NCBI GenBank assembly: GCA_964391455.1
Contig: CAYMJQ010000005.1
Location: forward strand, 1 to 44,968
Origin: an uncultured Candidatus Saccharibacteria bacterium
GTDB taxonomy: Bacteria > Patescibacteriota > Minisyncoccia > Phycocordibacterales > DATDWN01
Length of the DNA: 44,968 nt
Reading direction: 5' to 3'
Numbering within the stretch: position 1 is the stretch's first letter; every line of letters starts with the position of its first letter. Positions 27,708 through 35,522 of this stretch are shown piece after piece. The notes beneath the pieces were generated by a model. The model had not been told where the DNA came from. It was given only the letters and a program-made list of their open reading frames with translations, and did not search any database. Made by a program: the position numbers and the translations under genes.

Positions 27708-28475
27708 ATGGCCCTGATTCACAGAGTAATGGTCGTGGCCCTCGCGGTTTTTGCGGGGGCGTGTGCCACCAAGTCGGTGGCAACGGTGCAGGCGACTGCA
27801 CCCTCCCAGTCGGGTGTTGCGACAGAAGATGTCGCAACTCTTAAGGCCGAGCTTGAGATTCTCGCCGAAAGGCGAGAGGAACTCAAGGCAGAGGAGCTCG
27901 CACTGCGTAAGCAGAAGCCGGTTCCTTCGGAGGAACTGGTTCGCGTCCGAGCCGAGCAAATTCGGCTCAATGGACGCGAGTCTGTCATTTTGGACCGGTT
28001 GTACCGGCAAAGTGACTCAGCGGAACGCCAAGCCCGGGGTGAACTCCAGAAGGAGACGCGTCGGGTGGAAAGGATTGAGCGGGAGAATGCCAAGGCTGTT
28101 TCGGAGGCGCAACTTACGGGTTGCGCACCTGATACTGTCAAGGTATTCCCCCTTGACCAGCGGAGAGATCCATTCGCGATCTTTCCGTCCACTCTCCGGG
28201 TCAGGATCCTAAATCAGGGGCTGAACCCGATCAACGTAGATACCTCCTTCAGGGGTTATGGCACTCTGGTGTCAGACCTCTGTTCAGGGGGAGCTGTTAC
28301 TCTGACTTTCAAGCTCAACGCTTGGGAGCCAGGTCAGCAGATTCCCCTTACGTTTTGGACTAAGCTTCAGAACGGGAGGGTGAGTTCTCAAAGGAGAACT
28401 TTCTGGCTCCAGAGGTCGAGGCAGAGACAGTTGATCTGGAACGATACAGTCCAGATCAACCTCGACAACCGGTAG
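27708..28475 (+). CDS. G+C-rich hypothetical lipoprotein (255 aa) with a coiled-coil segment
   Basis: The ATG lies 6 nt after AGGAGG. Signal peptide VVALAVFAGAC is lipobox-like. Charged heptad-like stretch LKAELEILAERREELKAEELALRK. 37 of 60 G+C in line 27781-27840. Confidence 0.6.
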   Translation: MALIHRVMVVALAVFAGACATKSVATVQATAPSQSGVATEDVATLKAELEILAERREELKAEELALRKQKPVPSEELVRVRAEQIRLNGRESVILDRLYRQSDSAERQARGELQKETRRVERIERENAKAVSEAQLTGCAPDTVKVFPLDQRRDPFAIFPSTLRVRILNQGLNPINVDTSFRGYGTLVSDLCSGGAVTLTFKLNAWEPGQQIPLTFWTKLQNGRVSSQRRTFWLQRSRQRQLIWNDTVQINLDNR

Positions 28476-28503
28476 GGGGTTTACTCCTACTGGGACAACA
28501 TAC

Positions 28504-28547
28504 AGCCGTCTGGCGGAGGACACACATCCTCCCCAGCGGCTTTTTTT
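28504..28547 (+). terminator. Rho-independent terminator
   Basis: AGCCGTCTGGCGGAGG-ACACACAT-CCTCCCCAGCGGCT followed by TTTTTTT. Confidence 0.65.
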
Positions 28548-28564
28548 ATGCTAATATCGAACTA

Positions 28565-29002
28565 ATGAAATACGAAATATCTTCAAAAGAAGAAATTGAA
28601 AAAATCGCACAAGATTTTATTCAAGATTTGGAACCTAAAAAAGACACGGCGACTATAGTTGGTTTATATGGAGATTTGGGTGCTGGTAAAACCACTTTTA
28701 CTCAAGCAGTTGCAAAACATTTTGGTATAACAGAAACAGTAGTGAGTCCAACTTTTGTTATAGAAAAAATCTACGAACTTGTTGGTCAAAAATTTACTCA
28801 TCTTATACATATAGATGTTTACAGACTTGAAAGCTCAACTGAGTTAGTAAATCTTGGTTGGAATAAAATAATTTCAGATCCAAGTAATATTATTCTAATT
28901 GAATGGCCAGAGAAAGTATCTGATATAATGCCAGAACATATAAAAATACATATAAAACACACAAAAAATGAAACTGCTAGGGAGATAGAAGTGGTGGTAT
29001 AA
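28565..29002 (+). CDS. tsaE: tRNA t6A37 biosynthesis ATPase TsaE
   Basis: GDLGAGKTTFTQ P-loop, SPTF.I, HIDVYRL, and size of 145 aa. Confidence 0.85.
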   Translation: MKYEISSKEEIEKIAQDFIQDLEPKKDTATIVGLYGDLGAGKTTFTQAVAKHFGITETVVSPTFVIEKIYELVGQKFTHLIHIDVYRLESSTELVNLGWNKIISDPSNIILIEWPEKVSDIMPEHIKIHIKHTKNETAREIEVVV

Positions 29003-29100
29003 TGGTGGCAAGGTAAATTCGTTGATTTTGTAGCTTTTTAGGAACATCGCGGAATGAATGAATACATGAGTGTGAAGAAAATTTTCAGCAGAAAGTTATT

Positions 29101-31512
29101 ATGTTTCCTAAAAAGTTACAAGGAGAAAGAATTTACACATTTAAAATGACAAAAAATAAAAATAAAAAAACACTAGTCCTCCTTGATGTGCATGCGATAC
29201 TTCATCGTGCTTACCATGCGCTTCCAGAATTTAAATCAAGTAAGGGCGAGCCAACAGGTGCTTTGTATGGGCTATCTACTTTTCTTATTAAATTAGCTAA
29301 AGATTTAAAACCAGATTACATAATTGCTTGTAATGATTTGGCTGGTCCAACAATGCGACACGATGTTTATGATGGTTATAAAGATGGTCGTAAAAAAACA
29401 GATGATGCACTTGTCGCACAGTTTGAGAGGGCCATAGATTTGTTTAAGGCGATGAATATCCCAGTTTACTCTTCTCCAGGTTTTGAAGCAGATGATATGC
29501 TTGGAACTATAGTTGAAAATCTTAAAGGTGATAAAAATACAGACATTATTATCGCTTCTGGAGATATGGACACAATGCAACTTATAGATGATGATAAAGT
29601 GAGAGTTTATACTCTTAAAAAAGGAATCAAAGATACGATTATTTACAATGAAGATGCGGTAAAAGAAAGGTTTGGTTTTGGGCCAGAGCTTTTACCTGAT
29701 TATAAGGGTTTAAGAGGTGATCCATCGGATAATATTATTGGCATAAAAGGTATTGGAGAAAAAACAGCAGAGGAGCTTATTGTAAATTTTGGAACTATTG
29801 AGGAAATATATAAAAAACTAAAAGAGGATGAAAAAGTTTTTGAAAAAGTTGGGATTAAAAAAAGAATTATACAACTTTTAAAAGATGGTGAAGAGGAAGC
29901 TCTTTTTTCAAAAATGCTAGCAACTATTCGTCGTGATGCACCGATACATTTTACCTTACCAGAAAAAACTTGGAGAGAAGATATTCAGATAAAGAAAGTG
30001 GAAGAACTTTTTAAGGAGTTTGAATTTAGATCTTTGGGTAGTAAGCTCGCTGAAGCTTTATCTATTGAATCTTCAAATACAACTGAGTTTCCGGTAGGGG
30101 TGGCTGACCCTAAAGAATTAAAAGAGGTCGGGCTAATGTTGTGGGTAGTAGATTCAAACAAAACCAATCCTACACTTGAAGATATTTTGTCTTATACCAG
30201 AAAAGATACTCTCGCTGAAGCAAAAGAATTTCTAGAAAAAACAATAAAACAACAAAACCTTTCTTTTGTTTTTGAATCCATAGAAAAACCTTTGATTTCA
30301 ATAACTGAGTCAATGACTGCTTTAGGTGTAAAAATAGACACTGAAAGATTAAAAGTTCTTTCTAAAAAATATCACAAAGAACTTTCTATTTTGGAAAAGA
30401 AAATTTGGAAAATGGTGGGTGAAGAATTTAATATAAATTCACCAAAACAGTTAGGGGAGATGCTTTTTGTAAAAATGGGATTAAAGCTAAAGAACCAAAA
30501 GAAGACATCTACCGGAAGTTTCTCTACAAAAGAATCAGAACTTGAAAAGCTAAAAGAGGTTCATCCAATAGCAGATTTAATATTGGAATATAGAGAGCTT
30601 TCTAAACTTCTTGGAACATATATAGATACTATACCTACTATGGTGGATAAAAATAACCGTCTTCATTCGGAGTTTCTACAGGCCGGAAGTGCAACTGGTA
30701 GAATGGCAAGTCAAAATCCTGGGATACAAAACATACCAAACAAGACAGAGCTTGGTAGGGAAATAAGAAAATCTTTTATAGCAGAAAAAGGTTATAAACT
30801 TGTTGTTTTTGACTACTCACAGATAGAGCTTAGAATAGCAGCTTTTTTATCGGGAGATAAAAAGTTGGTTCAGATTTTTAAGGAAGGTAAAGATGTTCAT
30901 ACTGCTGTTGCTATGGAGGTTTTTGGTGTTCCAGAAGATGGTGTTACAAAAGAAATGAGAAGTAAGGCAAAAGTTATAAATTTTGGAGTGATGTATGGTA
31001 TGGGAGTAACTGCTCTTCAAAAAAATATAGGCACCGACAGAAAAGAAGCTCAAAGATTTTTGGATGAATATTTTAATAAATTCTCTGGCTTGGCTTTATA
31101 TTTAGAAAATGTAAAAAGAGAAACAGAACAAAAGGGTTATACTGAGACTTTTTTTGGCAGAAGAAGATATTTTCCAGATATAAATTCAAGACTTCCATTT
31201 ATGAAGTCTCAAGCTGAGAGAATGGCGATAAATGCTCCTATACAGGGGACTGGGGCAGATATAACTAAACTGGCAATGCTTTATGTGGACCAGTTTATTA
31301 AAAGTAAAAAGTTAGAAGAAGACGTAAGGCTTTTATTACAAGTTCACGACGAGCTTGTCTATGAAGTCAGGGGAAATGTTGTTTTGTCGGTTGCTCCAGA
31401 GATTAAAAAAATAATGCAAAATGTTATTGATTCCAAAAAAACTAATGGAGTAAAATTGGTTACAAACGCTAGTTATGGAGATAATTGGGCTGAGACTGAA
31501 GAGATAAAATAA
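29101..31512 (+). CDS. polA: DNA polymerase I (5'-3' exonuclease plus polymerase domains)
   Basis: LLDVHAILHRAYHA and GIKGIGEKTA (5' nuclease/HhH). Motif A DYSQIELRI, motif B RSKAKVINFGVMYG, motif C QVHDELV. Alternative start at 29146. Confidence 0.9.
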   Translation: MFPKKLQGERIYTFKMTKNKNKKTLVLLDVHAILHRAYHALPEFKSSKGEPTGALYGLSTFLIKLAKDLKPDYIIACNDLAGPTMRHDVYDGYKDGRKKTDDALVAQFERAIDLFKAMNIPVYSSPGFEADDMLGTIVENLKGDKNTDIIIASGDMDTMQLIDDDKVRVYTLKKGIKDTIIYNEDAVKERFGFGPELLPDYKGLRGDPSDNIIGIKGIGEKTAEELIVNFGTIEEIYKKLKEDEKVFEKVGIKKRIIQLLKDGEEEALFSKMLATIRRDAPIHFTLPEKTWREDIQIKKVEELFKEFEFRSLGSKLAEALSIESSNTTEFPVGVADPKELKEVGLMLWVVDSNKTNPTLEDILSYTRKDTLAEAKEFLEKTIKQQNLSFVFESIEKPLISITESMTALGVKIDTERLKVLSKKYHKELSILEKKIWKMVGEEFNINSPKQLGEMLFVKMGLKLKNQKKTSTGSFSTKESELEKLKEVHPIADLILEYRELSKLLGTYIDTIPTMVDKNNRLHSEFLQAGSATGRMASQNPGIQNIPNKTELGREIRKSFIAEKGYKLVVFDYSQIELRIAAFLSGDKKLVQIFKEGKDVHTAVAMEVFGVPEDGVTKEMRSKAKVINFGVMYGMGVTALQKNIGTDRKEAQRFLDEYFNKFSGLALYLENVKRETEQKGYTETFFGRRRYFPDINSRLPFMKSQAERMAINAPIQGTGADITKLAMLYVDQFIKSKKLEEDVRLLLQVHDELVYEVRGNVVLSVAPEIKKIMQNVIDSKKTNGVKLVTNASYGDNWAETEEIK

Positions 31513-31513
31513 T

Positions 31514-32227
31514 ATGTACTATTTTCTATACGGAACAGATACACATAAGGCAAGAGAGAAACTACACTCTCTTTTAGATTTGGCTAAAAAAAAGCGACCA
31601 GAAGCCGAAGTTTTTAAAATAAATTCAGAGAATTGGGGTGAAGGACAGTTTGATGAACTACTTATTTCTATGGGTTTATTTGAACAAAAATATACTGTTG
31701 TTTTAGATAATGTTTTTGAGAACAAGGACGCCAAAGATTATATTATTGAAAAGTTAGAGGATTTAAAGAAATCAGATCAAATTTTCCTTTTTTTGGAAGG
31801 TAAGTTGGATAGTGTATCTTTAAAAAAGATTGAGAAATTTAGCGAAAAGACTCAAGAGTTTGAAAAGAAAATTGAGGATAAAAAAGAGATAAATGTTTTT
31901 GGTATAAATAATTATCTTTTAAATAAAGATAAAAAAGGATTATGGATTTCTTATTTGGATTTATTGAACCAAAAAATAGCACCAGAAGAGATTCATGGGA
32001 TAATATTTTGGCAAGTTAAAAGTATGATTATTGCAAATAAAAGTAAAACTCAAAGCGACAGCGGTCTTTCTCCTTTTGTTTATAAAAACTCTATTAGAGG
32101 AGCAAAAAATTATAGTTCAGAAGAGTTACAAAAAATATCAGGGGATTTAATAAATATTACTCACAGGGTTAGAGCTGGCGAAGGGGATTTAGGTATTATG
32201 TTGGAAAATTGGATTCTAACTCTATAA
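31514..32227 (+). CDS. holA: Probable DNA polymerase III delta subunit (HolA-like), short
   Basis: Position right after polA. N-terminus YFLYGTD...K resembles HolA. Only 237 aa. Confidence 0.4.
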   Translation: MYYFLYGTDTHKAREKLHSLLDLAKKKRPEAEVFKINSENWGEGQFDELLISMGLFEQKYTVVLDNVFENKDAKDYIIEKLEDLKKSDQIFLFLEGKLDSVSLKKIEKFSEKTQEFEKKIEDKKEINVFGINNYLLNKDKKGLWISYLDLLNQKIAPEEIHGIIFWQVKSMIIANKSKTQSDSGLSPFVYKNSIRGAKNYSSEELQKISGDLINITHRVRAGEGDLGIMLENWILTL

Positions 32228-32273
32228 TTGTCCGTTCATATTTTTTTTGTTAGTGTTTTGTTGGGAGGTTCAA

Positions 32274-32510
32274 ATGAAGGGAAAATCTCTTACTTCGGAA
32301 CAGGTGCAAACGGTCATTCGTCTTTTGGGGGAGACAGATATTTCTCTTAAAGATATTGCAAAAAGGATGAGATGTGGTTCTCATGTAATCACGCGTATAA
32401 ATAGAGAGAACGGTCTCATAAGAGATTTCAGGGTTTCCTTTGATCAAAAGAAAGAGAAACCCTTAAGGAAGAGATTTATCGTAAAAGATGTAAAAGGAGG
32501 TTTTCTTTGA
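32274..32510 (+). CDS. Small helix-turn-helix protein (78 aa)
   Basis: The ATG lies 5 nt after GGGAGG. LTSEQVQTVIRLLGETDISLKDIAKRMRCGSHVITRI looks like a resolvase/transposase-type HTH. Basic C-terminus. Confidence 0.5.
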   Translation: MKGKSLTSEQVQTVIRLLGETDISLKDIAKRMRCGSHVITRINRENGLIRDFRVSFDQKKEKPLRKRFIVKDVKGGFL

Positions 32511-32541
32511 AAAAACTGCAAGCATATCGCTTGCAGTTTTT
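32510..32541 (+). terminator. Rho-independent terminator
   Basis: AAAAAA-CTGCAAGC-ATATC-GCTTGCAG-TTTTT. Confidence 0.7.
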
Positions 32542-32685
32542 AGGTTGTTAATTTGATGCTCGTCGAGAACCAGAGATTATTCTGAGCCTATTAGGAGACA
32601 AATCTTAATATGGAGGCACTATATTTTAAGTTGCTGTATATCAGGGAATATGCTCAAAAAAGCATTGAGTAAGAGGTTGTTTTTC

Positions 32686-32715
32686 TTGACAAATAGGTAT
32701 TAAATATGATATAAT
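32686..32715 (+). promoter_or_regulatory. Near-consensus sigma70 promoter followed by a ~85-nt leader with two palindromes
   Basis: TTGACA (32686-32691), 18-nt spacer, TATAAT (32710-32715). Palindromes GCTCAATTTGAGC (32744-32756) and GGACAATTTTGTCC (32766-32779). SD AAGGAG at 32789-32794. Confidence 0.55.
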
Positions 32716-32800
32716 ACTAGAAGTTAAGTTGTTCTAAGAAAGTGCTCAATTTGAGCTTTCTCTCGGGACAATTTTGTCCAAGTTCTTTAAGGAGACAGTT

Positions 32801-33106
32801 ATGAACGTACAGGATATGCAGCGTCTCAACGAAGACCTGCGACGCGCAGTTCAGATCGACATTCGTGGACGCAAGAGAGAAAACGGAACCCAGTGGTTCC
32901 GACAGGCTCCCCGTTCACGAGGGTATCACACCTTCGTCTGGCCAGGCCCTCCCGCACTTCTCAAGGTCGGGAAGGACGACGTGAACTCGGAAGACTGGAG
33001 CAAGCCGCTCGAAGAAGTCGGCGAGATCCACATCTGGACGAACGCCGATGGACCCAGCATCTACTGGGAAGTCACTGGCGACGGTCCACTCCAGCGTACG
33101 AACTAG
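32801..33106 (+). CDS. G+C-rich hypothetical protein (101 aa), no signal peptide
   Basis: The ATG lies 6 nt after AAGGAG. Hand counts of 32/60 and 35/60 G+C in two lines, versus 14/60 in a line of the neighbouring holA-like gene. No family recognised. Confidence 0.55.
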   Translation: MNVQDMQRLNEDLRRAVQIDIRGRKRENGTQWFRQAPRSRGYHTFVWPGPPALLKVGKDDVNSEDWSKPLEEVGEIHIWTNADGPSIYWEVTGDGPLQRTN

Positions 33107-33130
33107 AATTGCTCGACACTCGAGCAACAC

Positions 33131-33170
33131 GACCGCCTAGTAGCGAAAGCGAACGGCGGTCTTTCTTATT
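33131..33170 (+). terminator. Probable terminator
   Basis: GACCGCC...GGCGGTC stem followed by TTTCTTATTT. Confidence 0.45.
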
Positions 33171-33390
33171 TATAATAATCTCCCGTTAGGTCACCTAGAT
33201 TATAAATTTTATACCACAGAGTCATGAATTCGATTCCTCTTGGGTTAAACTCAAAATCTATGTGTCCTGGGATAATTTCCTTGTCGTCACAAGGAAATTT
33301 CCTTCGGTCGACGACTTAGTCATGTCCCAAAAGTAATTTTCTGCTGAAAATTCTTTTGGGCCGACCTCAGCGCCGTCGCGCTTGCGGTTC

Positions 33391-33437
33391 GCACAAGTAC
33401 GAAAAAATCTGCATCCCAGCAGATTTGTTTCGTCTTG
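33391..33437 (-). terminator. Extended A-tract/hairpin/T-tract hairpin directly after the tRNA-Lys 3' end
   Basis: GCACAAGTACGAAAAAATCTGC-ATCCCA-GCAGATTTGTTTCGTCTTGTGC (plus-strand reading). Confidence 0.6.
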
Positions 33438-33510
33438 TGCGCCCGGCAGGAATCGAACCTGCGACCCTCTCCTTAAAAGGGAGCTGCTCTACCGACTGAG
33501 CTACGGGCGC
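33438..33510 (-). tRNA. tRNA-Lys (anticodon UUU), no encoded CCA
   Basis: Reverse complement GCGCCCG-TA-GCTC-AGTCGGTA-GAGC-A-GCTCC-CTTTTAA-GGAGA-GGGTC-GCAGG-TTCGATT-CCTGC-CGGGCGC-A folds as a cloverleaf. Confidence 0.9.
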
Positions 33511-33554
33511 ATGAGCCCAAAAACATAATTTGAATTATGTTTTTGTGGACTCAT

Positions 33555-33648
33555 GCGAGCCGCAGTCATGTTTTGTTAGCAAACAAAACAGACGAGGCGG
33601 GGTCGCGGAAATTTTGTTTTGGCGAAAACAAAATTATCCGTGACCATG
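33555..33648 (+). repeat. Two-hairpin G+C-enriched intergenic element, copy A
   Basis: GCGAGCCGCAG, hairpin TGTTTTGTT/AACAAAACA, GACGAGGCGGGG, long hairpin GGTCGCGGAAATTTTGTTTT-GGCG-AAAACAAAATTATCCGTGACC. Confidence 0.6.
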
Positions 33649-33699
33649 AGTCCTGACTTATAGTATTGAAATATACCAAAAAATCCTAAAAAGTCCAAT

Positions 33700-34068
33700 T
33701 TACAGTGGCAAATCAAAAGCAAAACCTCCAGGTCCTGTAAACAATAATGAGAACAAAATTATTCCAGCCAAGAAGTATAGAAAGTATTTTTCTGGATCAA
33801 CAGGTTTTATTTTTCTATTTTTCCAATAGTCTAAATAAAAATCAAATTTAATTAAGGCTATACCAACAAGAGAAGCTGGTTGGGTATACAAACCAAAAAA
33901 TAGTAGTCCTCCAACAACAATATATATTAAATAAGAGAAAGGATATTCTTTACTTTTTCTCTCTTTTGCTAGGTGTAATATAAATATACTTACTACTAAA
34001 CGTAGTAAAAACGGAGCTACAACTGGTCCTAAAAAAAGTAATTGTGGAAACATTGAAAGTGGTTGCAT
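33700..34068 (-). CDS. Small DoxX-like membrane protein
   Basis: Four hydrophobic helices. The C-terminal GPGGFAFD resembles the DoxX family end motif. Confidence 0.45.
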   Translation of the reverse strand: MQPLSMFPQLLFLGPVVAPFLLRLVVSIFILHLAKERKSKEYPFSYLIYIVVGGLLFFGLYTQPASLVGIALIKFDFYLDYWKNRKIKPVDPEKYFLYFLAGIILFSLLFTGPGGFAFDLPL

Positions 34069-34096
34069 AACTCTATTATATGGTATATTCCTTTTT

Positions 34097-34582
34097 ATGA
34101 CAAAAAGAAAAGTTGGTGTGGTTTATGTTTTATTGCCTGATATAAGGAGTACTTATAATGTAGGTTCTATTTTTCGTACTTCAGATGCGTTTGGGGTAAA
34201 TAAAATATATTTATCAGGATACAGTCCAACTCCCGTAGATAAGTACGGTAGATTAAGAAAAGACATAGGGAAAGTTTCTCTTGGTGCAGAAAAAACAATA
34301 CCTTGGGAATATGAAGTAAGCCCGACAAAAATAATAAAGAAATTAAAAAAAGAAGGTTTTAGTGTGATTGCTATTGAACAAGGAAGAGATTCTGTTGATT
34401 ATAAAAAAATAAAAGTTAAGCACCCGGTGTTGTTTGTGGTGGGGAATGAGGTGGATGGGGTAGATAGTAAGATACTTTCTCTTTGTGATGTCGTAGCAGA
34501 AATACCTATGTTGGGGGAGAAAGAATCTCTAAATGTTTCTGTTGCTTTTGGTGTTGCTCTTTCTCAAATCCTTAAGATTTAA
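34097..34582 (+). CDS. SpoU/TrmH-family RNA 2'-O-methyltransferase
   Basis: NVGSIFRTSDAFGV, FVVGNEVDGV and IPMLGEKESLNVSVAFGVAL motifs. Confidence 0.8.
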   Translation: MTKRKVGVVYVLLPDIRSTYNVGSIFRTSDAFGVNKIYLSGYSPTPVDKYGRLRKDIGKVSLGAEKTIPWEYEVSPTKIIKKLKKEGFSVIAIEQGRDSVDYKKIKVKHPVLFVVGNEVDGVDSKILSLCDVVAEIPMLGEKESLNVSVAFGVALSQILKI

Positions 34583-34592
34583 AAACTAACAA

Positions 34593-35489
34593 CTAGTATT
34601 TAATCGTGTCTACTATTTTTCCTTGATTGTCATAGAGAATTATTTCTTCTCTTCTATCTTTCCATATTCTTTCACTTCTTTTCAGATAAACTCTCCACTC
34701 TTTTAGATAAAAATCACTGTCGTTTTTGTGAGTATTAACACAAGAAGGATAATTTATTTTCCCATATATAAAATTTGTGCATTCATAGCTCCAATTAGCT
34801 GGGAGGGTTTGGGTCTGTATTCTACAGGACGGAAATCTTTCTATGTAATCCAAACAAGCATCGTTGTTTACTGTATTGGGTATGGATGATAAATCCTCAT
34901 CTCTCGGTCTAGGACATTGTGTGCTTAGATTTGGTGTAAATCTTTGGAATTGTGACAAATACCCTGAACATTTATTAACCCTAAAACTTGCGCCGTTAGG
35001 AGAAATTCCTGTAACTAAATATAAAGTATCTCCATTGTTCAAATAAATATCTTCCTCAGAATTGACTGTGCCAGCGAAAAATAAATATGTTCCTTTTGGG
35101 ATGGTGACGGTTTGTCCGCTACTACTACTTTTTAATGTCCAGCCGGTTACTTTTATTGGAGTATCGGTTCTACCGACTTTTATTTGAACATACTCTTGTT
35201 TTGGATCACTGGATCTTCTTACAAAAGATAGGTCTACAATATTTTTGTAAATAGAAGCGTTTTTATTTTCTTCTATTTGTTTAATTTGTTGTTCTATTTT
35301 ATCTGCCTCTCTTTTAGCTTCTGTTAATTGTCTTTGAATTTCTCGTCTTTCCTGTTCTGCAGTTCTGTTTGTTGTGTTGTTGTTCCTAGCAACATTATTG
35401 TTAACGCTTACACCTTTTGCACCACCAAATAGAGATATCATGATTATAGATAGAAGTATAACTATTCCTATTGTATCGTCCTTATTCAT
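34593..35489 (-). CDS. Secreted/anchored protein with a coiled coil and a lamin-tail-like beta domain
   Basis: N-terminal TM helix. EQERREIQRQLTEAKREADKIEQQIKQIE. VTGWTLKSSSSGQTVTIPKGTYL..GDTLYLVTG resembles LTD domains. Cys-rich C-terminus. Confidence 0.4.
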   Translation of the reverse strand: MNKDDTIGIVILLSIIMISLFGGAKGVSVNNNVARNNNTTNRTAEQERREIQRQLTEAKREADKIEQQIKQIEENKNASIYKNIVDLSFVRRSSDPKQEYVQIKVGRTDTPIKVTGWTLKSSSSGQTVTIPKGTYLFFAGTVNSEEDIYLNNGDTLYLVTGISPNGASFRVNKCSGYLSQFQRFTPNLSTQCPRPRDEDLSSIPNTVNNDACLDYIERFPSCRIQTQTLPANWSYECTNFIYGKINYPSCVNTHKNDSDFYLKEWRVYLKRSERIWKDRREEIILYDNQGKIVDTIKY

Positions 35490-35522
35490 ATACTAATTCT
35501 ACTATATAATTTCAAATTTGTT

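Noticed and set aside
27672-28523. Four overlapping ORFs (79-157 aa) on both strands across the G+C-rich cassette
   Set aside because: High G+C suppresses stop codons in all frames. Only the 27708 frame has a promoter, AGGAGG at the right spacing, and a lipoprotein signal peptide.
33220-33250. Possible tRNA fragment because of GAATTCGATTCC
   Set aside because: The flanks cannot form a T stem or acceptor stem, and there is no cloverleaf. It is most likely a chance T-loop-like string.
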